DNA from: Anaeromyxobacteraceae bacterium
GTDB taxonomy: Bacteria; Myxococcota; Myxococcia; Myxococcales; Anaeromyxobacteraceae
NCBI GenBank assembly: GCA_047602405.1
Contig: JASGHJ010000002.1
Span: forward strand, 2,272,001 to 2,336,000
Length of the DNA stretch: 64,000 bases
Direction of reading: 5' to 3'
The position numbers and the translations under genes were made by a program. Within the stretch, counting starts at the first letter, position 1; each line of letters begins with the position of its first letter. Below are positions 30,213 to 38,613 of this stretch, one piece after another. The notes beneath the pieces are model-generated. The model saw only the letters and a list, made by a program, of their open reading frames with translations, was not told where the DNA came from and did no database searches.

Positions 30213-30615
30213 CTACTTGCCGCCGGTCCTCGGCTTATCGCTTCCATGCCCAACGTGTTCACTCAACGGCTCGTCGCAGTTCCGAAGGACCTCACCCGTC
30301 TCGATATCGACAACGTGCTCGACGTACCTGTCGTGCTCCCTGTCGATGAGCCGGTCCTTCTTCACCCATCCGCCCGTGGCCTTCCTGATCTCGTCGCCCG
30401 ACAGACCCTCCAGGACGGGGTCCTTCTTCCCCGGCTGCTTGACCTTGAACCCAACCCGGTCGTGAGCGTGGCAGTGGTCCCCGATCTCCTCATGGATGGT
30501 GCGCGCGGTCTCCCCGCACGCGCACCGCCGATCAGTCGCCTCTGCTGCGCTAGCAGGCTTCTTCATCGATCGTGGCGCCGCAACGACTGCACGTAACGAA
30601 CGACCTTCCGGCCAT
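30213..30615 (-). CDS. Zinc-ribbon hypothetical protein (+1 frameshift at ~30560)
   Basis: Removing one A from GAAGAAGC joins MAGRSFVTCSRCG..TIDEE to PAS..RCACGETAR..DREHDRYVEHV..EPLSEHVGHGS. Confidence 0.6.
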
Positions 30616-30649
30616 GGCGACAGCGTACCTGAGCGCCATGTCATCGCCA

Positions 30650-31081
30650 TCAGCCCATGTCGGCGAAGAACGACCCTCTCCGGACCTTGGGGCGGGCGAC
30701 CTCCGGCGACGCGCCCGCCTCCTCCTGCGCCAGGGCGGCACGAGTCGCCTCCACCATGCTGACGAGAGCCGCGCCCTCCAGGACGGGCACCGTCTCGACC
30801 GGCGCGTCGTCAGCGGGGACCTGCGCTTCCGGCCGGCATGCCGGATCGAGCTCCTCCTGGTCGTGGAGCGCGTCGAGCACGTCCTGAAGCTGGCCTATCG
30901 CCTCGGTGATGATCCCTCGCTCCTGCTCGACCGGCGGCTGCCGGGAGGCATGCCGGCTGATCCACAACCGCAAGGTGCGCGGGCTGATCCCGTGCTGGGC
31001 CGCGTAGTCCTCCTGGTTCAGGGCAGAGGTCGCCCACCCCCGGGCGATCGCGGCCCGGGTCTTCGCGTCGATGCTGTCCAT
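30650..31081 (-). CDS. HTH DNA-binding protein
   Basis: LNQEDYAAQHGISPRTLRLW helix-turn-helix. Confidence 0.6.
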   Translation of the reverse strand: MDSIDAKTRAAIARGWATSALNQEDYAAQHGISPRTLRLWISRHASRQPPVEQERGIITEAIGQLQDVLDALHDQEELDPACRPEAQVPADDAPVETVPVLEGAALVSMVEATRAALAQEEAGASPEVARPKVRRGSFFADMG

Positions 31082-31143
31082 GGCCGGTAGATTGCCGTCG
31101 GGTGCCGGCAGGCATACCGGCCCTGACCACGACGAGCAGGTAC

Positions 31144-31725
31144 CTAGAGCACCGAGCCCCGCGTGAACCACTCCTCGCCCGGCTCGGGATACGGAAACGC
31201 AGGCGTCACATCGCACTGAAGCCCGGTCGCGGCCAACGCCCGACGAACTCGCATCAGTTGCGCAGCCTTGTCCCGGACGACGACCGGTCCGGCGTCCTTC
31301 ATCATCTTCGCCGCGACCATGAGGCTCACGCCAAGGGCACTTGCTACGACGCGGACCTGCGCCTTGTCATGCGAGTCGCCGCCGCTAATGCGGAGTTCGT
31401 AGACCGACCCGTCCTGATCCACCGGATGCAATGGCATCCGGATCGTCCTCACCGGCAGGATGGCCTTCAGGAAGCCCGCGAGACGAGCCGCTTCCGTGGG
31501 GGCGGTCTTCCCGAGACGCGCCGCGAAGTCCGCAACCGCGCGAAGGTCTGTTGCGTCATTCTCCAGCAGTCGCATCGAGACGGTGTGCACCTCGTCCAAG
31601 ACATCACGAGGAGCGCCATCGAGCATCATATCGACGGCAGCAGGATCGTTCGGGCAGTACCGCTCGAAGGCGGACCAAAGGTAGTCGAGTCCCGGCAGTT
31701 CGGTTCGGCCAACCATGGCTCGCAT
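31144..31725 (-). CDS. Hypothetical protein, possibly with an L7/L12-CTD-like C-terminus
   Basis: Open 193-aa frame; LGVSLMVAAKMM..P pattern. Confidence 0.5.
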   Translation of the reverse strand: MRAMVGRTELPGLDYLWSAFERYCPNDPAAVDMMLDGAPRDVLDEVHTVSMRLLENDATDLRAVADFAARLGKTAPTEAARLAGFLKAILPVRTIRMPLHPVDQDGSVYELRISGGDSHDKAQVRVVASALGVSLMVAAKMMKDAGPVVVRDKAAQLMRVRRALAATGLQCDVTPAFPYPEPGEEWFTRGSVL

Positions 31726-31968
31726 TGTGGGGCCTGACGAACGCGCGCGCTACGGTTCCCTTCGTCAACGGCCGCTCGTCGCCCTGGGCCGACTCCGCGC
31801 GTACGTGACAAGGCAACGGCATGCCGCTCGGCATCACGGCTTGGTGGCCTCCAGCCCCTCCGTGAACCCCAGCAGCCGAAGTCGCCCCGGGTGAACCGAA
31901 CCCCGGTCTGGCCTGCGTTACAGATCTGTAGAGGGGTCGATCAACGACTCCGCTCGGAGGAGCACGAC

Positions 31969-32151
31969 ATGTCGAAGAAGGTGATGAAGCTGATGGACGA
32001 CCAGACGAACCGGATGGAGTGCAAGGTGTGCGGCTCCGTCCACTACCCGATGATCCGCCCGCGCTCGGGCGGCCGGTTCGTCCGGGGTGCCTGGCAGTGC
32101 GTGAACGGCTGCAACCTCCCGGAGGCCGGCGCCGAGCGCAAGGCGGCCTGA
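31969..32151 (+). CDS. Small zinc-ribbon protein
   Basis: GGAGGAG RBS; CKVC...CVNGC. Confidence 0.65.
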   Translation: MSKKVMKLMDDQTNRMECKVCGSVHYPMIRPRSGGRFVRGAWQCVNGCNLPEAGAERKAA

Positions 32152-32298
32152 CGAACCGGACGACGGCGCCGGCCGGCATGCCGGGCGCCCTGCGGGAAAG
32201 GGACCACCGAAAGCGTCGCCCTCAGACCCCACGGATCGCGGGGTTGGCCCCATGCCCATGGGCTATCGAAAACTGACCCCTTCCCGTACACCATCGGG

Positions 32299-32758
32299 AT
32301 GAACCAGCCCGCCCGGATCGCGACCTACCACCGCTGCTCGACCGTCGATCAGGACCCCGCCCTCGCCCGCCAGGAGCTTCGCGCAGCCGCTGCCCGCCTC
32401 GGGGGCGAGGTCGTGCTCGACGTGGAGGAGACCGGTTCGGGCCATCCGCGACCTCGAAGCCGCAGGCGTCCGGTTCGTCGCGATCACCCAGGGCCTCGAC
32501 ATCCGGCCCGGGGGCGACGCGATGTCGCGGCTCATCCTGGGCGTGCTCGCCTCGGTGGCCGAGTTCGAACGCGACCTGATCCGTGAGCGCACCCGGCTCG
32601 GCATGCAGAAGGCCCGGGCGGCCGGGAAGCACATCGGTCGTCCGAAGGTAGTCGGCCCCGCCGTGGCTGAAGTGCAGCGTCTCCGGGCCGCCGGCCAGTC
32701 CTGGCGCCAGGTCTCGAAAACCCTGAAGTGCTCGGTCTGGGCGGCGCGCCAGGCGTAG
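32299..32758 (+). pseudogene. Serine recombinase (resolvase) with internal deletion and frameshift
   Basis: YHRCST..Q N-terminus joins out of frame at ETGSG to IRDLEAAGVRF...AEFERDLIRERT..GRP-HTH. The RPGL...KLDR segment is missing. Confidence 0.8.
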
Positions 32759-32760
32759 CG

Positions 32761-33783
32761 CTACAACCGTTCGAAACTGGGCCTGGGCGCCACGACCTTC
32801 GTGCGCTGCTCGTTCATGTGCAACCACTCGGGGGCCGCGACCGACACGAGGCGGTGCTCGACATCAACCAGGTTGACCTGCGCCGCCTGGTTTAGTCCGG
32901 CCTCGATCTCGATGACCTTGACGCTCTCGTAACGCTCTAGCTGGTCCTGGATCCGCTGAGCCGTCGCGCTGGGGACGGCCCAGTACGGCTTGTCATGCCG
33001 ACCCAGCTTGCAGATCGCTGCGGCGACCGCCATGTAGGCGTCGTTGAAGAGGCCCATGAAGCCGTCTGGGTCGGGGAGAACGGCAACCCACAGTCCACAC
33101 TTCTCGTCCCAGGTGATCCCCTTCTGAAGGTCCCGCGCCTCGGGGACGATCCCGATCCGGAGTCCGCGACCGCCCTCCAGTTGGTGCCAGTTGCTCTTGA
33201 TCGTCGCGGCGACGTACTTGCGGGACTCCTGGTTCGAGAGGAAGAGGTCGGTCTTCCATATCTGCTTGATTCGGTCCCCAAGGCGGTCCTCGGCCGCCTT
33301 CCCCTGGGCCGCCACCGCAACCCACGGACCGAAGTCAAAGGGATGCCCTCGCCCGTCCGGAAGGAGGACGGCGTGCTCGCCGGCGTTCTGGATGACCGCA
33401 TCGGTGAAGCCCAGGTACTTGGCGCGCTCATGACCGAACAGTAGCGAGGTCGGCTGCTCGACCGCCTCCAGGTGACGAGACGCGCGCGACAGCACGTCCG
33501 CGACGATGCCGCACACTCGCGGCTCTCCCCCGACCACCGCCTCGTGAACGGCCCACTCGAAGCCGTCGCCTCTCATCCCCTTGTCGCGGTCGAGACGGGC
33601 CACCTTCGCAAGCTGGCGCATCGTCACGTCACCACGGTCGCAGTTCAGATTGACCAGGTCTTCCTGGCCCAGTTGGTCGAGCAACGCCCGGATGATCGAT
33701 CGGGTGACCGCGTACAAGGCCCGGCCGTGCTCGTCTACGGGTTCGTGCTGCCGCAGGAAGGTGACCTCGGCCATGGTGTCCAT
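32761..33783 (-). CDS. Putative PD-(D/E)xK restriction-endonuclease-like protein
   Basis: GDGFEWAVHE helix and WKTDLFL...AATIKSN motif. Confidence 0.55.
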   Translation of the reverse strand: MDTMAEVTFLRQHEPVDEHGRALYAVTRSIIRALLDQLGQEDLVNLNCDRGDVTMRQLAKVARLDRDKGMRGDGFEWAVHEAVVGGEPRVCGIVADVLSRASRHLEAVEQPTSLLFGHERAKYLGFTDAVIQNAGEHAVLLPDGRGHPFDFGPWVAVAAQGKAAEDRLGDRIKQIWKTDLFLSNQESRKYVAATIKSNWHQLEGGRGLRIGIVPEARDLQKGITWDEKCGLWVAVLPDPDGFMGLFNDAYMAVAAAICKLGRHDKPYWAVPSATAQRIQDQLERYESVKVIEIEAGLNQAAQVNLVDVEHRLVSVAAPEWLHMNEQRTKVVAPRPSFERL

Positions 33784-33917
33784 CTACTACCACGTTCCAC
33801 GTTGGGTGCGGGTCCCCGCCCAGGCGGCATACCTTGTGGAACGTTCGGAGCCATCGTTCGGCACCAGGAACTCGCATAGATTGGCCCTTCCCCCGCCGCC
33901 GGCCGATAAAGTAGGTC

Positions 33918-34274
33918 GTGACCGCCGCGCTCCCGCTCGACCCGTTCCGCGAGATCCTCGACCGCCTCGCGGTCATCGAGGAGCGGATCCGCCGGATCGA
34001 GTCGCACACGGCCGCCAACGAGCCGATGGTCCAGCACCGTCTGCTCTCGTTGCGCGCGGCTGCTGAACGGTTGGGGGTCAGCAGGACCCGGACCTTGCCG
34101 CTCCTGATCCAGGATGGGCGCCTGCGCGTGGTCCACGTCGCCGGTCGGCCGAAGGTGCCCCTGGCCGAGGTCGAGCGGGTCGAGCGCGAGGGGACGGTCG
34201 CCTTCCGGAAGACGGCGCGCAGTTCCCGGACCCCGACCCGGAGCGGCGCGCCCCTGGCCCGCGATCTCGTCTGA
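33918..34274 (+). CDS. Excisionase-like HTH protein
   Basis: LLSLRAAAERLGVS..LIQDGRL...KVP..EV; convergent with the integrase. Confidence 0.75.
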   Translation: MTAALPLDPFREILDRLAVIEERIRRIESHTAANEPMVQHRLLSLRAAAERLGVSRTRTLPLLIQDGRLRVVHVAGRPKVPLAEVERVEREGTVAFRKTARSSRTPTRSGAPLARDLV

Positions 34275-34275
34275 G

Positions 34276-35598
34276 CTACCCCTTCCGCTTCGGCTTCGAC
34301 TTCCGGAGTTCGGCCTCCAGCGCCTCGACCTTCGCCCGGAGCAGCGCGACCTGGTCCTTGCCCACCCCGGGGTCGGTCTCGTCCATGATCGTCGGCGCCT
34401 TCGGCGGGATGGCCTTCGTCGCGTAGTGGATGTCCACCATCCGGCTGCCCTCGGCGTGCCCGAGGAACCCGGGGACCTTGTCGCGCGCGCCGGCCTGGAC
34501 GGCGTGCGTCGCATTCGTGTGGCGCATCCAGGCCGGGTTGAACACGGGCAGCTTCAGGTCCTTGCAGGTCTGCCGGACGGCCTTCACGTAGTGTGACTCG
34601 CTGATGGAGCCCCTCACCGCCCCGGTGCCCCTGTGGGATCGGGCGCGGCCGTCGATCTCCGGCACACCGCCCTCGGCCTCGCCGCCGAGCAGGATGCGCG
34701 CCGACTGCTCGACGGTCCTGCCGACCTTCGTGATGTGCTCCTTGCCCGACTTGTGCTTGGGGCCGACCAGGACGGCCGTGACGCCGGGCTCGCGGACGTA
34801 GCTGGGCACGGGATCCACCCGGCCGCCCGCCACGAACCGGAGCAGTTCCCGGACGTGCCAGCCGGTCCCGGCCTGGACGCAGAGGGCGTGGCCGTACAGC
34901 GACCCCTTGGTCACGAGCGCGTCGATCACCTGGTGGACGTTCTCGGGCGGCACGTACTTGTTGACCCCGTTCGCCTGGGCGACGCCGCCGGGCAGGTTCG
35001 GCACGTCGGCCAGCGGGTCCTCGGTCGGCCCGATGCGCTCGCCGCGCCGGTGCCGGCGCAGCCAGCCGTAGAGGGACTTCAGGACGGCCTGCTTCTTCCG
35101 CATGCCGCCGGCCTTCGGGATGCCGGCGCGCGGGTCGCCGTCGAGGACGCGGAACACGTCCTCCCGCTTCACCTCGCGCAGGTCGAGCGCCTGGCCGGCC
35201 TTGTCGGCCAGCCGGACGGCCCACCACTCCAGTTCCCGGCGCTGGTAGCGGATCCACTCGGGCGTGTTCTGCTTCCCGCCCTCCGACTTCGGCTTGGCGC
35301 TCCACTCCAGGAACTCGTCGCGCAGCGGCTTGTCCAGGTAGATGGGCGTGGTGTCGCCCTCGGTCGTGGCGCCGCGCAGCCACCGGGCGTACTCCTCCGG
35401 GTTCGTGTCGAAGCGCCGAAGGTGGTCGTGCGCCGACCGCTCGTCGTGCGCGCGCGTCGAGAGGTCGTACCGGACGCCTCCCCGCATGGCGCGGATGTAG
35501 TAGGTCGCGCGGCCCTTCGAGTCGCGCCGGATGTAGCCGCCCACCCAGGCCGAGCGATCGGCGGGCGTGGCCTCGGGTAGCCTGCTGGGCTTCACCAT
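34276..35598 (-). CDS. int: Tyrosine recombinase/integrase (atypical active-site motifs)
   Basis: TGWH..E, KHKSG, WMRHT, LGH..SRM..IHY; lies next to the tRNA att site. Confidence 0.88.
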   Translation of the reverse strand: MVKPSRLPEATPADRSAWVGGYIRRDSKGRATYYIRAMRGGVRYDLSTRAHDERSAHDHLRRFDTNPEEYARWLRGATTEGDTTPIYLDKPLRDEFLEWSAKPKSEGGKQNTPEWIRYQRRELEWWAVRLADKAGQALDLREVKREDVFRVLDGDPRAGIPKAGGMRKKQAVLKSLYGWLRRHRRGERIGPTEDPLADVPNLPGGVAQANGVNKYVPPENVHQVIDALVTKGSLYGHALCVQAGTGWHVRELLRFVAGGRVDPVPSYVREPGVTAVLVGPKHKSGKEHITKVGRTVEQSARILLGGEAEGGVPEIDGRARSHRGTGAVRGSISESHYVKAVRQTCKDLKLPVFNPAWMRHTNATHAVQAGARDKVPGFLGHAEGSRMVDIHYATKAIPPKAPTIMDETDPGVGKDQVALLRAKVEALEAELRKSKPKRKG

Positions 35599-35634
35599 GG
35601 CGTCCTTCTCCACCTCCCGCACCCCGCCACGGGG

Positions 35635-35677
35635 TGGCGGAGGACTGGTGGACGAAGGTACCCCAGGTGGTGGACGA
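35635..35677 (+). repeat. Putative integrase arm-type sites, right end
   Basis: TGGCGGAGGA 35635, TGGTGGACGA 35646 and TGGTGGACGA 35668. Confidence 0.75.
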
Positions 35678-35722
35678 CTGCCAGCCCCGCCCGCCTAGTC
35701 GCGGATTTGCAGGGCTTTTAAG

Positions 35723-35796
35723 TGACCCCGGCGTGACTCGAACACGCGACCTGCGGTTTAGGAAACCGCCGCTCTATCCGGCTGAGCTACGGGGCC
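35723..35796 (-). tRNA. tRNA-Arg(CCT), CCA not encoded
   Basis: GGCCCCGTAGCTCAGCCGGATAGAGCGGCGGTTTCCTAAACCGCAGGTCGCGTGTTCGAGTCACGCCGGGGTCA folds as a cloverleaf with anticodon loop TTCCTAA. Confidence 0.97.
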
Positions 35797-35863
35797 GTTC
35801 CATCCCTGCCGGCGTGTCCGCCGGCGCGGGCGATATACCACGGCCGCCGCGGGGCGCGAACGG

Positions 35864-36775
35864 TCATGGCGCCTCCTGCCCGCCCTCCCCGTAGGGGAAC
35901 CCCTCGGTCGCCCGGGTGGGCACGAGCGCGTCGAACTTCCTCAGGTCGAGCACGAGATCGCCGCCGGGCGTCTCGGAGATGGCGTCGTCGAGGCGCGCGC
36001 CCCAGGCCAGGGCCGCGTGCGACCAGGTCCGCTGCGCGTGCACGGTCTGGCGGGTGGTCTCGTCCATCCCCGAGACCGAGAGGGTGAGCTCCGCGTCCCG
36101 GGCCGCGAGCGAGGCCGGGGTCTCGCCGTACAGCGGGCTGCCCGGCTCGATGCGGTGGAGCACGGTCCAGGACCGGGCGAGCGCGTCGGCCCGTGACCGC
36201 ACGAGCGCGAGGTCCACGGTGCGGTAGATCGGCATGCCCTCGGTGGTGCGCTCCGAGCGCAGGAACGTCAGCCCGAAGGTGGCGCCGACGATGCGCCCCC
36301 GCCGCTCGTTGCCGACCCGGAACATGAGCGTGGGGACCCCGTCCATCGGGGCGACCGCGACGCGCGTCGAGAACACGACGTAGGAGCGGGTGAGCGAGAA
36401 CCGGACGAACATGAGCCCGGTCGCGACCGCCGTGAACACGAGGCCGGTCACCGACTCGGCCGCGACGACGGCCTCGCAGGCGGGGCTCGCCGGGTACATC
36501 GCACCGTAGCCGATGGTGCCCATGGTCTGGATGCTGAAGAAGAACGCGTCGAGGAAGGAGCCCGGCCGCGCGTTCGCGACGCCCCCCGACACGAGGAACA
36601 GGAGCGCGAACGCCACGTTCAGCGCGAGGTAGGCCGAGGTCAGCGCCGCGAAGGCCGTGCCCCAGCCCGCCCGCAGCAGCCAGTGGTAGAGATTGCCGAA
36701 GCGGGGCCGTGGCACCCCCACGATTCGGATCTGGTAGCCGTCGGCCTGGAGCACCTCGACGCGGGGGCTGGGCAT
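35864..36775 (-). CDS. KirBac inward-rectifier potassium channel
   Basis: [14 protein letters not shown] selectivity filter; [16 protein letters not shown]. Confidence 0.92.
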   Translation of the reverse strand: MPSPRVEVLQADGYQIRIVGVPRPRFGNLYHWLLRAGWGTAFAALTSAYLALNVAFALLFLVSGGVANARPGSFLDAFFFSIQTMGTIGYGAMYPASPACEAVVAAESVTGLVFTAVATGLMFVRFSLTRSYVVFSTRVAVAPMDGVPTLMFRVGNERRGRIVGATFGLTFLRSERTTEGMPIYRTVDLALVRSRADALARSWTVLHRIEPGSPLYGETPASLAARDAELTLSVSGMDETTRQTVHAQRTWSHAALAWGARLDDAISETPGGDLVLDLRKFDALVPTRATEGFPYGEGGQEAP

Positions 36776-36830
36776 TGCGCCAGCCTACCGCCTCGCGGCG
36801 CGCGGCGCTCCCGTCGTATACAGGACCCCC

Positions 36831-37220
36831 ATGCGCATCCTCCACACGATGATCCGGGTCGGCGACCTCGACCGGTCGCTCGCGTTCTACACGCAGGTCC
36901 TCGGCATGAAGCTCCTGCGCCGGAGCGACTACCCGGAGGGCAAGTTCACGAACGCGTTCGTGGGCTACGGCCCCGAGAGCGAGGGCGCCGTCCTCGAGCT
37001 CACCTGGAACTGGGACACGAAGCACTACGAGCTCGGCGGCGGCTTCGGGCACGTCGCGCTCGAGGTGCCCGACGCGGCGGCCGCCTGCGCCGAGATCCGC
37101 GGGCGCGGCGGCAAGGTGGTCCGCGAGGCCGGCCCGATGAAGCACGGCACGACCGTCATCGCGTTCGTCGAGGACCCGGACGGCTACCGGATCGAGCTCA
37201 TCGAGCGCCGCCCGTCCTGA
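36831..37220 (+). CDS. gloA: Lactoylglutathione lyase (glyoxalase I)
   Basis: [30 protein letters not shown]. Confidence 0.95.
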   Translation: MRILHTMIRVGDLDRSLAFYTQVLGMKLLRRSDYPEGKFTNAFVGYGPESEGAVLELTWNWDTKHYELGGGFGHVALEVPDAAAACAEIRGRGGKVVREAGPMKHGTTVIAFVEDPDGYRIELIERRPS

Positions 37221-37259
37221 CCTGCGCCGCGGCCCGGAACCGGTTAGGATCGTCCCGAC

Positions 37260-37421
37260 ATGGAGATTGACTGGCGCCTCATCTGGCCGCTCATCGGGGC
37301 CTTCGTCCTCGGGATGCTCGTCACCGGCCCCGGCATGTGGTCCGAGAAGTGGGGCTTCCGGTTCATGGAGCGCTTCCTCGGCCGCAGGCGCGGAGGCGGG
37401 GACCCGAAGCCGCCTCCGTAG
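37260..37421 (+). CDS. 53-aa single-TM small protein (not in ORF track)
   Basis: MEIDWRLIWPLIGAFVLGMLVTGPGMWSEKWGFRFMERFLGRRRGGGDPKPPP*; host-like codons. Confidence 0.6.
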   Translation: MEIDWRLIWPLIGAFVLGMLVTGPGMWSEKWGFRFMERFLGRRRGGGDPKPPP

Positions 37422-37424
37422 CAC

Positions 37425-37512
37425 CTGCGAAGCGCAGCGGAGCAGATCCGGGGAGGGGCCCCGTGGAGCCTCGCTCCACGGGGAGGGGGCCAGGGCCCCT
37501 CGGAACTCAGAA
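37425..37512 (-). repeat. Multi-hairpin repeat, copy A
   Basis: Aligns with 53231-53337, with compensatory stem changes. Confidence 0.75.
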
Positions 37513-38579
37513 CTGGATGTTCGGGCGCACGAGCAGCCGCACCCGCTCGGTCGACGCCTCGAGGGCCCCCGAGTACGCGCCGCGGGCCTCCCACAGCATC
37601 CCCACCCCGAGGACGAGCGCCACCCGCCGGCGCCCGAGCGGGATTTCTTGTCGACGACGAGGTAGTGCCGCAGCGGCTTCCCGTGGCGGGACATGTCGAA
37701 GCGGTACTCGATACCCGAGTTCGCGAGCAGGAAGTTGTCGTGGTCGTCGGGGTCGAGGCGGCTGCGCCTGAGCCCCACGAACAGCACGTCGGTGACCTCG
37801 CTGTTCGAGTGGATCTTCGTGCCCACCCGGAAGCTCCAGGAGAGCTGCGAGAGCGTGGTCTTGCGGTCGCCCTTCAGCTTCAGCTCGAGCTCGGCCCAGG
37901 GGTCCTTCACCGCGACGTTGTCGACGATGTGCCAGAACCCCGACGAGGCGACGAGGCCCACGTACGCCCGGCCGTGCACGTCGTCGCGCCCGGGCACGTC
38001 GAAGCGGGCCACGTTGCCGAGGAAGATTGACCCCGCGCCCGGCTCCTCGAACCCCGCCGTGAGCGTCTGCACGACGTTGACGTTCGGGTTGAGCTGCGCG
38101 CCCTCGTAGAGCCCGTCCCAGCGCCGGAGCAGGAGCCCCGCGGAAGGCAGCGGGTTCACGCTCGCCTCGAGGATCATGAAGCGCGGTACGATCGCGCGGG
38201 AGAGCATCGTCGCGTACACCGCGAACTCGCCCATCTCGCCGAGCGAGGGGGTCGCGCTCTCGGTGAGCGGCAGGTAGAGGCCCAGGGAGGAGTAGTAGGC
38301 GCCCTTGTTGATGACGAGGGCCACCGGATCGGCCTGCTCGGCCGGCGGCGCCAGCGGCGGGTCCCCCTCGATCTCGCCCTCGACGCCGGCGGCCGGCGCC
38401 TCGTCGGGCCAGGGCGGCAGGTCGCTCTCGTCGTCGGGCTCCGCGCCCTCGACCGGCACCGGCACCACCTCGACCTGCGCCGGCGGCGCGCCCTGCGGCG
38501 TCGCGGCGGGGGCCGGAGCGGCGGGCGGATCGTCGGCGCGGGAGAGCGCGAGGAGGAGCGCGAGCAGCGGGGCCGTCAC
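37507..38579 (-). CDS. Probable outer-membrane beta-barrel protein (-1 frameshift at ~37644)
   Basis: Signal peptide; corrected C-terminus KKIPLGRRRVALVLGVG...VRPNIQF* ends in Phe. Confidence 0.65.
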
Positions 38580-38613
38580 CAGGGAAGGGCGTACCCGGCG
38601 GCCGCCCTCACCG

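Larger units (their letters stand above)
18548..35766. mobile_element. tRNA-Arg(CCT)-integrated element (satellite/IME-like) with defence-type cargo
   Basis: 45-bp perfect direct repeats at both ends, integrase next to the tRNA, Xis-like, Prim-Pol and helicase; visibly less GC-biased codon usage than the flanks. Confidence 0.93.

Noticed and set aside
30650..31081. IS66 element (TnpA-like HTH)
   Set aside because: No TnpB or TnpC transposase and no terminal inverted repeats seen.
31919..31930. 12-bp palindrome TACAGATCTGTA as a res site or operator
   Set aside because: Single occurrence with no supporting subsites; cannot be distinguished from chance.
18548..35766. Complete prophage or ICE
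   Set aside because: No recognisable structural, packaging, lysis, relaxase or T4SS genes.
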